Shown here: one piece after another, positions 25,675 to 39,485 of the stretch
How positions within the stretch are numbered: the stretch's first letter is position 1
How the letters are laid out: the number at the start of each line of letters is the position of its first letter
Source of the DNA: Glaucostegus cemiculus
Lineage: Eukaryota
Direction of reading: 5' to 3'
NCBI GenBank assembly: GCA_976551045.1
Contig: CDPCPM010000045.1
Location: 18,476,001 to 18,540,000 of the forward strand
Length of the DNA stretch: 64,000 nt
Made by a program: the position numbers and the translations under genes
Notes under the pieces: generated by a model
The model's database searches: none
Seen by the model: only the letters and a program-made list of their open reading frames with translations
Told to the model about the DNA's origin: nothing

Positions 25675-27649
25675 GTAAGGGTTCTGTACTTTAAGCATCA
25701 ACATTTAAAAGAAATATTATTTAATGCTGACAAGACTACATTTGTTACACATTCCATGCCATGAGAAGGCAGAGGTGGACCTTCCTGGATTTTACTCTTT
25801 GACTTTTTGTAGCAGTTTAACATAAGTAAATCACTTGTCAGACCTCTGCTGAGTATAGCCACCAGTCAACCAGTGTTGTGGGACTTGTGTCATGTACAGG
25901 CCAAAATGAGTAAAAAATGTTAAGTTTCCTTCAGTAAATTATGTTCGGCAGGATCTGGAGTTTTAAGACAATCAGGTAGCTTCTAGTTATTTTTCTCAAC
26001 AAGTTTTTATTTCACGATTTTTAAAAACTAATCTTCATATGCACGTGATCCTTGATGGCTTTGCGCAATGGTTACAAACTAATACTTTAAAACTCACTTT
26101 TTTACTATAAAGTTCATAATGATTAGCAAAGAAACATTCAAAACCAGCCTTTAGGCATGAAGAGCCTGGCTCAGAGTTTTAATCAATGGGACAAGCTAAA
26201 GGCTCCCCATTTGTCCTTCTAAAGTGGACGCACAATAACTTTGTGTTGTCTATCTGGCTTCATGCAATGGCAACTAAGAAGAGGGACTATTCACATCCAT
26301 GAGGATTAGAACCTCTGGATGAGGATATAGAGTGAAAGTTGTGTGGTAAAGGTTGGATGGAGTCATGTAAGAGAAAATGGAATGTTCTTGAGCATGTTTT
26401 TGTTTAATCCCTCATTTTAGCATGCAAAAGTACAAAAATATCAGCTGGGAACCCAAGGAAGAATGCAGTCATAGAATGACTGACAGGCCCATTGTGATCC
26501 CATATCATTGTAAGGGCTTCTGTAGTGCTGTCATGGACCCAATAATCTGACACAGATAATTTTCTTATGAAGAATAGGTCACATTGGCCACTTTGTCAGC
26601 TCAGTGATATAATAGTGAACAGAAATTTCCTGTTGCAGTCACTCTCTTAGCTGGATACATAGCCATGAAAATACAGTTATTCTGCAGGGTTATAAAACTT
26701 GTATTAATGTAGCTCCGGGCAGTCCTCTGCAGTGTTTGTTTTGAAAATAAGAATATTTTAGACATTCTCAGTAAGGAGCCAAAGGTAAGAACTGATATTT
26801 TTTCATTGCGTTTTCTGGGCAATGTTTAATTAGTCTGGAGTGAAAATGTATTCCAGTAGTCAATAATGATAGACTAGAAAACTGTGGAGGAAGTACTTGA
26901 AGCAGGAAGTTCCTGCCCACAGGAAATCTATGAGTTCCCTTTTAACAGAAGTGGAGTATTGGGCATATAAAAGTTTTAATTCATGAACCCAGCCAGACGT
27001 TATTTATATTTCCAGGGTACTTATGCAATTTTTTCAAATACTTGCATTCATCATAACTGTGGAATATTGAGGCAAATTACAGCTTAATGTTTCCTTAAAA
27101 TAACATCAAAATCTGTTTATAGCTAAATTAATACAGTAGCTGGAAAATTGTTTATTTCTGGTTAAAATACATGAGTGGTTGGAACCTCTATAAAAAGTCA
27201 GCACAGTACTGCTGCAACTGTTGACTGTGAGCAGGCTTGATTTATAAGACTGAATGTAATGAGTGCCTTTAAATAGGGTTGTAAATACATTTTTTTAAAA
27301 ATTACCATTCATCAAACCTCTATACAAGAAACCTTCATTGTACACTTAAGCAATTAAATACTCAATGCAAGGCTTTTAGAAAGCACAGAAAACTATAATA
27401 AATTATATTTAACTGATGGATAATTTTGACAGAAACAAATATTTGAACTTAAGCCATGACATAAATTACACCATGAACACAGTATCCAATAGAGTAGACA
27501 ACAGTGGTTTCCAGTTTTTTTTTCCCATTTTGATGATGAATGAAATAACATTTCCTAAATGAATTCTGATTGTAAAATATACTGGACTGATAATCAAGCA
27601 TTGTGGCTGGCTTATTCATGCAACGTTTGCTGCTTATTTTATAATACTA

Positions 27650-28150
27650 CATTCTGGCCCATATTTATCACGCAGTCAACATTATTAAAACAGATTACCT
27701 GACAATTGTCACGTTCCTGGTTGTGAGAACTTTCTGTATGCTAACTGGCTGCTGTATTTCCAACACTGGGATCTCCTGTCACAGTGGCACAGCTTGGAGG
27801 CTCACAACACCAGAGACCCGGCTTCAATCCTGACCTTGGTGCTAACTATGTGAAATTTGCATTGGTTTCTACCAGGTGCTCCTGTTTCCTCCCACAATTA
27901 TGCAGAGTGGTAGGTTAATTGGCTTCTGTAAATTGCCTCTAATGTGCTGAGTGGTAGAATCTGGGGGAAGTTAATGAAAATGTGTGGAGAATGAAAAATG
28001 GGTTTTAAAGGGTGGCTGATGTTGGCATAGACATGGTGAGTTGAAGAACCTGTTACCATGTTGCATCTTTCTATGACTCTATTGTAACAGTAACTACACC
28101 ATAGGTATTTTATTAGCTATTAAATGTTTTGGGATGTTTTGAAGGGTATT
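27650..28150 (+). mobile_element. Deu-domain SINE remnant interrupted by a V-SINE
   Basis: The left part 27650-27770 ('aaaacagattacctgacaattgtcac...actggctgctgtatttcc') and the right part 28083-28145 ('gtaacagtaactacac...tgttttgggatgttttgaagg') are collinear with the copy at 30855-31150. Confidence 0.55.
27781..28082 (+). mobile_element. tRNA-derived V-SINE (HE1-like) with CR1 tail
   Basis: B-box-like ggcttcaatcc, V-domain 'ggtttctaccaggtgctcctgtttcctcccaca', tail 'gaagaacctgttaccatgttgcatctttctatgactcta'. Confidence 0.8.
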
Positions 28151-30395
28151 TTTATTTTAATTTTCAAGAGTATTTCATAATTCTCCAGTACAGTTTCACT
28201 GGATTAAATTTGCACTGTTTTAAATGCGGCATAATGATATGTTAAATTCACTGATCTTTTGGAGGGATGTGCTGTCAGGGAGTGGGAGTTGGAGATTGGA
28301 CTACAATACTATCTCACGCCCCTTCTGGTTGGTGGCACCTACTCCATTTATGTTTTCCAGTTTTGATGTCCTGAACGTTGTAGTGAGGTAGTTCTGGGAG
28401 TAATGGTGTTTGCTGCTCTCTCATTCAAATGACCGCATGTGAATCTGAACAGTTGGCTGTTAGTTTACTATTCTATATGGGTGGACATCTGAGACAAACT
28501 CTGTTCTGTAAGCAATTTATAGTGTCAGTAACTGGAATGCAAAAAGTAACTAGAACTGAGGTTGATTTCTTGCCCAACTGCCCGCCCCCCAACCCTTTCC
28601 AGTTCAGAAGCCCAAGGGGCACTGGCATCCACTGCAACATGCAAAATGATTCCCAGCCCAAACTCAGCTAAGCCCCACAGACCCATGACCAAAGCTGGAA
28701 CCTCCTCAGTCTGTATGGCTCAATGCCATGCCAAGCTGCTCACTTACTTACTTACCCACTGAGGGACTCTTTTCAACTTTACAGTTGACCGTAGTTTTCC
28801 AGTGCATATTGTTAAGATTTGTGATTAATACCTTAAATGTTATCAGAATCCAAATGACAATAATGCAAGTTAATCTCATTTTTAATAATTATTTTGCTCA
28901 CTTATGATGGCACATTCTGTTACCAAAGTTTCAGCAATGTTGCCCTTAGGTCAGTGGTCCAGATTCTCATGTTGGTTGGTTTTTCCACCTAATGTTTTAA
29001 AAATTATTTAATCTCCCAGATGGATCAGCTGAGATCTTAACAGTGTATACATTCCTCTGAGTCCAGCCTTTTCTATACTGTGACCTAACATGGGCAATTT
29101 TGACCATTGGTGATGGGGTAAAAATGCAATATCCTCTCAACTGTATCTCTGCTGAATTTGATTTCTATTGTAATAATAGAACAAAAAAAAGGACAAGTGT
29201 TTAGTGGTTTATATGAAAAAATACCATGTAGTGAAGCAGTGATTAAAAAGCAAGCTTTTAATGCAAGTTTTGTTTTGTGCAAGTAAATGAAAATATGCAG
29301 ATAGAGGTTTGTAGGCAAACCCACTCTATTAATGTTTGAAAACACTTTCCATTTATGTTTTAGCCTCCTAATTGATTGGCCCAGATTCTGCTGTGTTTTG
29401 CCGGCAGTTCTGCAGAGAACTACCTGTAATTCTCAATGTAAGTGCCGGAGAGTCTCAGGACTCCCGTGCAAATACCAGAGCCCTGGATTTACTGGCCCGG
29501 CTCTGCTGGTGATTTCCTGGCTGTACTCTGCCATTTGGGAATCTGCTTTCTGATCCAGATTAGATCAGGCTATTGTTTCTCTCAGCATTGGTTACTGTTA
29601 ACATTACTATTTGGGTCCTAGTGCCAAATGACTGACCTCCTGAGGGAGAGCATGGCACAAAGATCACGTCCTCAATTAGGCCTGAGCTCTTTAATTGTGT
29701 CCAATATAATAGCATTTGGACAGTTCTGGGGAAGGAAGGAAGAGTAAAGTTAAATATATGTATTAGTTATTTTAATTATTTGGTTTTATAATAATTTGGT
29801 ATAATAATTAAATGTTTTTTAATTATTTGAAAGTGCTTTTAATTTCCAGTTGATTTTTATATTTCTTTAATAATGTTTAATTTTCTGTGGTTATTTGTGT
29901 ATTTTAATAGGTTTTAGTTAGTCAGTGAATTTCAGAAATATTGATAAACTTTGACAGCTTCAACACATGGCATTGGTGGGATGGGGCTTTGCTGGTTGTC
30001 AAGGGCTCCACAGTTTTGTGGATGGACCTCATTCAGGCCTTCCCACGTCACCCTTTTGCATTATTGAGGCCTGGCATAGCTGGGTGCTCAGCTGGGGGAC
30101 CATCTGAAGACCATCAGTGATCGGTTGCCACTATCAGGAGCAGGTAAGTTAGGGGGAATGGGGAACAATGGCAGCAGTCTCCACTCTGGAAAATTCAGGA
30201 GTTTTCTGGGCCTCAGTTAGTACAAAAATCACAGTTTATCACAGTTTGCAGCACGGTGCTGATGGACTCATTCCCCAAGAGGGGGTAGCCTTCAAAGCTC
30301 ATATCTTCCATTAAGATTGAGCTGTCCATCTGTGTCACACATTTCATTATTTATCTCGTGCCTCTGCCTGAAGTCACAATGCCTGACTCAAGGAA

Positions 30396-30695
30396 GGCAA
30401 ATTATGGTAGTGTAGCGGTTAGCATAACGCTTTACAGCACCAGAGACCTGGGTTCAAATACGGCCACTGTCTGTAAGGAGTTTGTACGTTCTCCACGTGT
30501 CTGCGTGGGTTTCCTCCCGGTGCTCCGGTTCCCTCCCACATTCCAAAGACGTATGGGTTAGGAAGTTGTGGGCACGCTATGTTGGCGCCAGAAGCGTGGT
30601 GACACTTGCAGGCTGCCCCCAGAACACTCTACACAAAAGATGTACTTCACTGTGTGTTTCAATGTACATGTGACTAATAAAGATATCTTACTTAA
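30396..30695 (+). mobile_element. tRNA-derived V-SINE with a non-CR1 (Rex1/Babar-like) tail
   Basis: A-box-like gtagcggttagc, B-box ggttcaaatac at 30451, V-domain 'gggtttcctcccggtgctccggttccctcccacattccaaagacg', tail 'ttcactgtgtgtttcaatgtacatgtgactaataaag'. Confidence 0.85.
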
Positions 30696-30854
30696 CCATT
30701 AGGGAAAAATAATAATTTATAAAGACCAAAATGGAGCTTTTCTGTGTGGAGCATGCCAGAATATGATTTAAGGGTGACACTGTGACCAGGGAGCCCAGAG
30801 AAAGCTGTAGGCCACAAGGGTGAAATCTGAGAGCTGTTGAGTGTTGTCCTGTCA

Positions 30855-31150
30855 GGAGTTACCATTTCTATGAGACATTAAACCCAGGCTATACCTGCCT
30901 TCTTGGGTGAATGCAAAAGATCTCCTAGCTCTACTTAAAGAGAAGTTACACATCTTTACAGCCTATATTTAGTCCTCAATCAGCATCATTTAAAACAAAA
31001 AATGGTCATTATCTCACTGCTGTATGTGGGAGCTTGTTGTGCACAAATTGGCTCCTACATTTTCTACATTAAGATAGTGACTGCCTTTCAAAAGGTACCA
31101 CATTGACATTAAAGCACATTGGAATGTCTTTGATTGAGAAAGATGCTACA
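30855..31150 (+). mobile_element. Deu-domain SINE (SacSINE1/AmnSINE1 superfamily)
   Basis: 'atgagacattaaacccagg...ggtcattatctcactgctgtatgtgggagcttgttgtgcacaaattggct...gtgactgcctttcaaaagg' resembles the Deu domain and tail as I recall them; not aligned. Confidence 0.7.
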
Positions 31151-34100
31151 TTTCTTTCTTATCTTTTCCACCTGGCAAGATAAGAAAGAAAGAAATGTTC
31201 GACCGCCTCGAACAGTTTATTTTGTGTGAAGTAGTTTATGTGGTGGGTGTACTCTGTTTGCAAGTTAACAGAACCAGATGTCACTGGGAATATCAACAGT
31301 CATGATGCACAGTGCATTTAATGATTAACATCTTTATTGATGACTAAAAGTTAAAATGTGGCTATTGAATAATTATGAGTGATTATAACAGAAACAACAC
31401 AAAAAATATATCCTGTATCACAACAGCTTACATGGATAAACTAGCTAATGACTTTCAGCAAATGTCATAAACTTGGTGGCATGAAATTTGGATTAATAGC
31501 ACTCATGTTTGCATTTCAAAACGGTGTCTGTAGTACACCATTTCTGAGACAAATTGCACTGATGCTTTATTGATATGGGGCTGGCATGTAGATTTGTGGA
31601 GTAAGCAGATCATGGCGTTTGGAATATTTGAAAAATCTTTTGTACTTCCTGATGTTCTTCTGCCAAGCAAAATGACTATGGATTTCATCACTGCTCACAT
31701 TCCCAAAACTGAAAAGGAATATACTTGCTGAGGATGGCTGTCGGGATGTCTGCCAGAGCTATATTCTGCAAGCTGGTTCCAGATTGTCATCCTCATAACA
31801 CATTCTTTGAAAATTTATCTGAGCTTTATTCTTTTCTTTTTCATTTTCTCCCTCTTTTCTATTCTGTTGAGTTCGTGCTCGTCCTAGTGACTATTCTTCA
31901 TGTATAAACCTAGGCAGTTCTTGCAGATTAATAAACCTTGTGGAATCACATCCAAGCCTATTGCTTTCCTTATACAAAATCTAATTAAGAAGGGGATGTG
32001 TGACTGGTTTATCACTTCCCTCCAGGACAACTGTAATGTTTTTATCCTTGTCCAGCTAAGAATGAAAACATACTGAGGTTCAAATCTGGGATATTTCTAT
32101 CTGCATGGTTTAAATGCTCAACATTTTAACTAACTGAACTAATGGAGAAAGAAACTATTTCTTTTTCACTCTATGCTTCCATGGAGAGGTTAAGACTCAA
32201 TCATTGTATCACAGGGCCATTCTAAATTCCAGCTTCTTTTGGCCCTTCTTATTTAATCAGAAGTGTTATCTTAGACCATGTATATTTTTCCATTCCAAGT
32301 TCTAATTTCATGAGATCTACTCAAGTCTTGGCTGGAACTCTAGATTTCTGGAGCAGGGGACAGACTAGCTCCCAAATTGCTTGCCCAACAGAATTCAATG
32401 CAAAGGAATCTCAGAAAGGAATCTTTTTCTCTTAAAATCTGCTTTTCCATTCAATGTCACAGCATTACTGGACTCTGGCTTCCCAGGATGACTGGCTATA
32501 GAAGACTTAGCTCAAAATACATATTAATTCATTCCATGTTCTGATTTCATGAGAGACTGAACACAGCACTACTCTCACAAGTCATTTGTTCCTATCTATT
32601 ACAATTGGTGGGATTTACCATTCTACAATAAGTATAATTTTCTCCCTTTCTACCAGGACAACCAGCATTTGTTGCTTACTCACAATCCTTTCACTTACCC
32701 TGTCAGTCATGTGTGTAGACTTAGTGTGTAGGATGTAACTATTCCATTCGTTTGATTAATCTACCCATATTTTTCCTTAAAATAACATAAGTTTATCTTA
32801 ACTGCCTGCATAAAATTACATGTTTAGACATGTAACTTTCCTGAATTTAAATGCAGTGTAAAATTTAGTCAGGTTATGTCCCTGTTATTCAGGAGGCATG
32901 AGTGTGTCAAGGGAGAATATGGAACTGTAAATTCCAAATTTTAGCTGGCCTGATAATCTGCAATGTCAAGCTTGGAGAGACACAAGCAAATTGTTTACCT
33001 ATCCAGCCTATGCCTGGTCTGACAAAGGAAGCTGTGGGCAAAGTAAAACAAGAAATGAAGAACAATACCAAATTTGCAATGGCTGATTGTGGTTCTTGTG
33101 AAGCCCCGTTCTGTGTGCTATTGTGTCAGGATAAGCTCCAACTTTCTAGGATTTTGAGGCTGTCAACACCTACCTTTTATATTGAGGCCACATCACCCAG
33201 AAATTATAAAGCAAAGTTTTAGGGGAAATAAAACTGGAAGTGTAGGTGATGGGGATCACCAAGCAAGACCAACCGATGCATTAAATAAAATATAGTGAAT
33301 GGTACATAAAAATGATGAAAAACTCCCATTAAGAAGCCAAGTTTGGTCTCAGAAAAATAGTTCCAAAAACCTGCTTAGATGGAAGACCCCATACAGCACT
33401 ACATCTAATGAACAATTTAGAAATGCTTTCAAACATGAAATTAAGTTGACACATGGTGAGAAAGACCGACACATTGTTTATTGCAAAATGAGCCACTGAA
33501 AATTCAGATACCTTGCAATACCTTGCAAAATCAATTTTTTCTTCCTTTCAAGTCAACTTAAAAACATATTTTCTACTGCATCTAAATGTTAATTCCTATC
33601 AATACTTGAATTCAATCTATTGTTTCCCAATACTACTAAATCTCTTCATCAGTTATTAAAATCAGGATGTGCAAGCCAGCTATTCTGACAATTCAGAAAG
33701 GTCTTCTGACCTTTGACCAGCTCTGCTGAAGCCCCATTCCATATTTACTATCAGATTAGTCTTAGGTGAGCCCAAACTTAGGCACATTATTCAAATGTTT
33801 ATCTGTCATTACATGTTAAAATAACCCATTAACATTTTTTGTATGAATAAATTCTTCTTTAGAGGCAACTATATGTATTTCTTCTCTTAAGATACATTGG
33901 AGGCCTTTGAGGCCTCCTTTATTTTTATCCCTATGACAAAGTTTTAGCCTTGAATATAGACCTTGAATGGTTGAGCTTTCTTCTCAATCTTCCGAATGCT
34001 GTGGTAGGAAACAATTGCACTGCTAGTATATTTTAACTAGCAGGAGATGAAAAAGGGTCTGAGAATAAGCCAAAAGAGTGATAGCCAACCAAGGTCTTCT

Positions 34101-36495
34101 TCAGTGTATTCTCCTTGGTGATCAGAATACACCCCATGGGAACTTTTTCACCAATATCGTGAGCCATCTCTTTACTGGCTACGTAATATTTCTCTCTCAA
34201 CTTTACTGTTAAACGTTCAATTTAAACATACTCCCAGTGAGGTTCATGTTCTTTGATCTCACTTGAATTTTTCTTACGCACCTTTCCTCAGCCTCGCTTT
34301 GTCAGAGTCAAAATATAGATGCCTGGCAACATCACCTTTTATCTCCTACTACTGGAGAGAGCAATTCCTCTCACACAGTCCTGACATAATACGCAACCTA
34401 TAAAGGTAAGAGTTAAACTTGAATTTATTGAACCTTGACAATGCAGACAAAGCTATTGGTCCATTAGCATATTCATCACTAATAGAATTTATTGAACATT
34501 GGAAAATCACCAAGCCTTTCATTTGTGTAGAATATCAATGTCAATGGTTTAAACAATATTACAGCCAATCTGGCCACATTATTATCCTAAATTTCTTCCA
34601 CTAACGATAACTATCAAACTGACCTCTGTACAAAAATATTAGATATGGGACAATCATACTTGGGGCACTAATTTGAAATTGCTGTCTGCCTACCTAACTA
34701 CAGTTCATCGTGTGTATTTAAAAAACAATTCATTCAAGCAATGTGGTTACTCCTGGTTAGTTGGCAGTTATAATCATTAATTGCCCAAAAAATGATGGGG
34801 TTGGAACTTCCTTATAAACCACTGGCATTGGTTTGAAACAAATGAAAGCAATGGGAAGACAACCATTATGGAGTTATGTAGAGGTCAGACCAGGTAAGAT
34901 CATGTTTTCTGATTCGTTAGTCCAAATTTTTTGGATAACCAATACACTAAAGTAATTACCACAAAATTATATCCACAAACAATAAATCATTGGCTTTGCA
35001 ATGGTTGAAAATGACTTTCCCAAGAACTTCCTATTAATTATAAAAAGTTAAAAATAAAGATTAGTAAGCTTGCATTGCAATTTGTTAAGTGTGTTTACCT
35101 CTGGTTACATATATACTGCAGTTGGTTTACATCCAGATTTTACGGGAGATGTGGTCTCAATATATTTTAGTAAAATAGCTCTGGGAGAATTATTCCCCAT
35201 GGTTCTTCTCCCAGAGAAAATATTACCTTTGGCTTTCTTTTTCTGCCGTTATCCATAGTTCCACTTTATAATGAATCTCCTCTCCTGGATCAGATAGCTC
35301 ATCAAGAACTAAGTTCCTTAGAACAAGTATTTGGCCATATGGAGGATAAAGGAAGAATTGGATATTTCTCAGCATTTTTAAAAATGGAAAACTGAAGATC
35401 TTTTGTGAGGGCCTGCATGAATTTTGCTGGAATCCTGGACTGCAGAATTCCATTGCATTCTCCAGTTTTTTTTCTTAGCCAAATCATGCATTAATGTATA
35501 TTCTATGTTAGGAATTCCCCTACTAGGCACTTTGGTATCTATTTCGCTTATTTGTTAAATTTCCTCATTTTTGTACCCTTTGGCAGCTATCCACATGAGC
35601 AAAAGTCAAAGAACCATTCAGAGAAAAAGAGTAAAGTCAATATTTCTTACTATTCTTACAGGGTCTTACTATTATACTTGGCTTGTCAAGCCACACATGT
35701 TTATTTTTCAGGTGCAAAAGACAGAGAAGCTCTCCATTTCCAATTCCCATGGCTAAAAGAATACTGTATGCACTAAAATTATTCCAAAATTGTTTTCTCC
35801 TTTTTCTGATTTCTACATGGTTTCACACTGCTTCTGTCAGTCTGTATTTTGCTAACCTGCTGAATACTTATTTCTGACACATTTAGTGGAGGCTGTTAAA
35901 ATTTACATAGTGAATGTGAAGATTTGCAAAACCTCATAATTATAGTTTCACTTGTCTAGTTAAATAAAACTTAATTAATTTCCTAAACCTTTCTTTAAAA
36001 AAATAACTATCATGGACAGCTTACTCCTATTAATGCTAAACATGAAGCAATTAAGCACAATTGACCTCACTAGGTTCCTTTATCATGGAGGATTTGTTAC
36101 AGGACTAAATTAAACATTTTATTTTTCTCTTGTAAGATTGTAATTTCTTGATTAGTCATTTTTTCCACTGACAAATGCAATCTGTAACTCATCAGGAGCA
36201 AGCACATTGGCAACAGATGTTCTCAGTAGGCAAGGCGCATATTTATTTATTGCTGCTGCTAATTATTTATTAGCTAACGATTTTGTAATTCTACTGGACC
36301 ATAACTTCCTAAAATTCATTTAATTAAAGTTGACATTGTGTAATAGGGTCTTGCTAACACAATCTTTTATTGCCAAGTAAAATGGAAACCACGGTTTAAT
36401 TGGAATTCTGTAACAATGAATGGCCCACAAAGAAAAGAGGCACTCACCTGGACCAACGTGACTACACATGGGAAAATAACACATAGTGGGGCATT

Positions 36496-36510
36496 GGGGG
36501 GGGGGGGGGG
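36496..36510. repeat. G15 homopolymer
   Basis: Read directly. Confidence 0.95.
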
Positions 36511-37987
36511 TTATTCCAGATCTGCGCCTGCACCTGGAGTCATTGCCCATGCTCCCCTTACACTGCAGTGACACCTCAGCGGTGAGCACGCCTAAGGTGC
36601 TGTATTGCTGAGGCCCCTGCCCCCTGAACACTTCTGATAGGGTTTGACAAAAGGAAAACCCGGGGCAGAGTTCTACCGTATAAGGACATTTTAACACTGG
36701 ATGGAAATAATTTTTAAAAAGCATTAGGTTAAAAACAAACACATCACTTACAAATCATTAAAACATTGATCTAAAGTAATTTTTTTCCAAAAATTATTTA
36801 CTTTGTCCAATCTGCAAGTTGAGGATGAATGGGTAATCCACTCCTTGCCCAGCTGTGACCAGACATAGAATCTGAGAGGCCTTCCTCCCAGCATAATGCT
36901 GGGGAATCCCAACCAGAATCCACATGATAGAGCATTGTGATTCAATAAATCCAAGATTTACACATGGATTACTGTAAATCCTGGATTTAGTTTAGTGCAA
37001 ATGACTGAACGCTGGTGGTTTTGCTATTACCAGGAAGATGGAATCCCAGTGTGGAGACCACTTACCAGAGGAGAAGATGTGTGTGTATTGTAAATGTGTG
37101 CAGGAATCTTTGTGTCCATGTGGATGGCTAATATCTCTTGTGATGTTATTGCTGGCATCCTGATTCTAAAATATATAAATTTAAGCACTTTGAAGCCTAG
37201 TCATAGTTCACTCCTATGTTATATTTAAATGCGTGTGCTGAACATCAATTCTCCCTACAACATTTTTGAGTGGGTTTGTTTAATGATAATCACATCTCAC
37301 TACCAGGACTAAATAGGATCCTTTGATCAAAAGCTGCCTGGATTTAATTATTGTACTATGTTGACTCAGGCAGTGTTTGGCTTTCTTAGCTATTTTTTTA
37401 AAATTGCTATCAATTAAATGGAGATGAAAGTGGATGTTTGGAAAATGAGTCTGCACCAGATGACCAATATGACAAACATCCATATTTGTTTGCTGGTAAT
37501 TTTGAAACATTTATCTAATACAAAGAAGATGTGTCTTTTGAACAGTTTTGTTCAATGTTGTTTGACAACCTCTGTGCACAGGATAATCCCCTGCTATACC
37601 ATTCCACATGAACATGATCTGGATTTGAACTGTAAATCACTCATAATAATACATTTCACCCTTTGAAAATTCATTGGCCTTGAATGAATTATCAAGAGTT
37701 GCTGATTTAATTAATGTTTGGCTCTCAAATAAAAGAAATTGGGAAAATAGCTATTAATTAAAAATACATTCTGAAAACATGGTATTGTCCAAGAAATAGC
37801 TTGGCCTCTTACATTCAATTACGACAAATCCAAATTACCTGAAAGAATTTTTCGTTAACCAGATATCCTACTCATTCTATTATCAATCCTGAACCACTCC
37901 AGTGTTGTTAAATGGAAAATATTTAAAATTATTGCTAATAATTTCATCCAAATGTAGTTCTTTTAAAAATGTGTGCAGTACATTTGG

Positions 37988-37996
37988 CTGCTGCTG

Positions 37997-38028
<32 letters not shown>
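37988..38028. repeat. (CTG)4-(TG)15 compound microsatellite
   Basis: Read directly. Confidence 0.95.
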
Positions 38029-38031
<3 letters not shown>

Positions 38032-39139
38032 TGTACGCGCATGAGATGTCGATTAAAGTAGACAGATAGAAACGTACAGTGGACCCAGCTGTAGAGATCT
38101 GAGCCAGGCTGGAAAACGTTTTTTTGATGCCAGTGCTGCCTGATCGGACTAAACAGATAATGACTTTAAAATTGCTGTAATCTGGTTCCACTTATGCATT
38201 CTTCTTTTTGTGGTGTTATTAGAATACTGATTTTAAAGTTTTTGAAAATAATGCATAAGTGTTCAAAGCCGAGAAATTGTTTGCAATATTTTTTTGTAAC
38301 TATTACCAGAATGCAAATGTGGGCAAAGGGATTGTCATGCATATTTGACGTTTGCATACTGATATTCAACAGTTATTTCCAGGCTTAAAATATTTCTAAT
38401 TTCAAATATACCAATCAATAATTTGCTGAAAGGACAATTCCACTTGACCTTTGATGTAAATAACACAACCAATGGATTGTGGTGAGGTGTAATGGCTTGG
38501 AACTTTGTTCTTTCACATCTGGAACTTGGTTTGAATTCAGTCCAGACCACTCTCCACTCTCTAAGGACTGCTAACAGTCCTAAATGAAAAAGTAGCCATT
38601 AACTCATTTCCAGTGGATTCAAATTTAGAGCAGAAGATGTTCCTTACTCCAGTAAGAATTAAGTTGTCAGTCACATTCAATGCATGGTTGATAGCTCATC
38701 CTGAGAACAGAATTAAATCACACTGTTCTGGTAATGTTGAGGCAGATTTCATATATCAGATATGAGGTACAAAACATCAAGACTGGTTGATATCAAAGTA
38801 AAAGGAAAAGAGAGAGTCTATTTCCATATAGCAATAATTCTCTTTTCATTTTATTATACAATAAAGTAATACAATAAATGTTGAGTAAAAGAATATAATT
38901 TTAGTTCAGTATATGTTAGCATTTGGAATTTAAGCCAATTCAATACTAAAGCATAGTATTTTCATCATGGACAAACTTAAATTGTGACTCAAGACAATTA
39001 ATATATTGACGTAAAGTTTCTCAATTATGTTAAACATGTTGAAACAAAATCTATTTTATTAGGATGGAAAGATAATACAATGCAAAAGACATATAACTCT
39101 ACTCATGAAATGTCTTTTTAAGGCTGAAAGTTTAATAAA

Positions 39140-39485
39140 GGATTTACCAGCCTTAGAAAGAAAGAGCAGATTAGATTTACACAAATCACACCTGGATTCC
39201 AGAGGCTAAATTATCAGGAGAGATTACACAAAATATGGTTTATTCCCTGGAATTTAGAAAGTAAGGGGGGGTGATTAAATCAAAAGTTTCAAGATGTTTT
39301 TGGGAGCTGATAGAAGTAGATAAATTATTTTCACTGCCTGGAAAAGCCGAGTTTTAAATCTGAGATTCATAGATTTTTGTTAATTAGAGGTATTGTGGTA
39401 TTTGGAGCAAAAATGGATACATGGAGATCAGTCACAGATAAGCCGCAATTGCATTAAATGGCAGGGCATATTCAAGAGGCTATAT
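39140..39485 (+). mobile_element. Decayed CR1 3' fragment
   Basis: RFTQITPGFQRLNYQERL-like translation (compare RFTRMLPGLEGLSYSER in 55282-55497). Confidence 0.6.

Noticed and set aside
30400-30470. tRNA gene
   Set aside because: A/B boxes are present, but the sequence continues into a V domain and LINE tail with no full cloverleaf; it is a SINE head.
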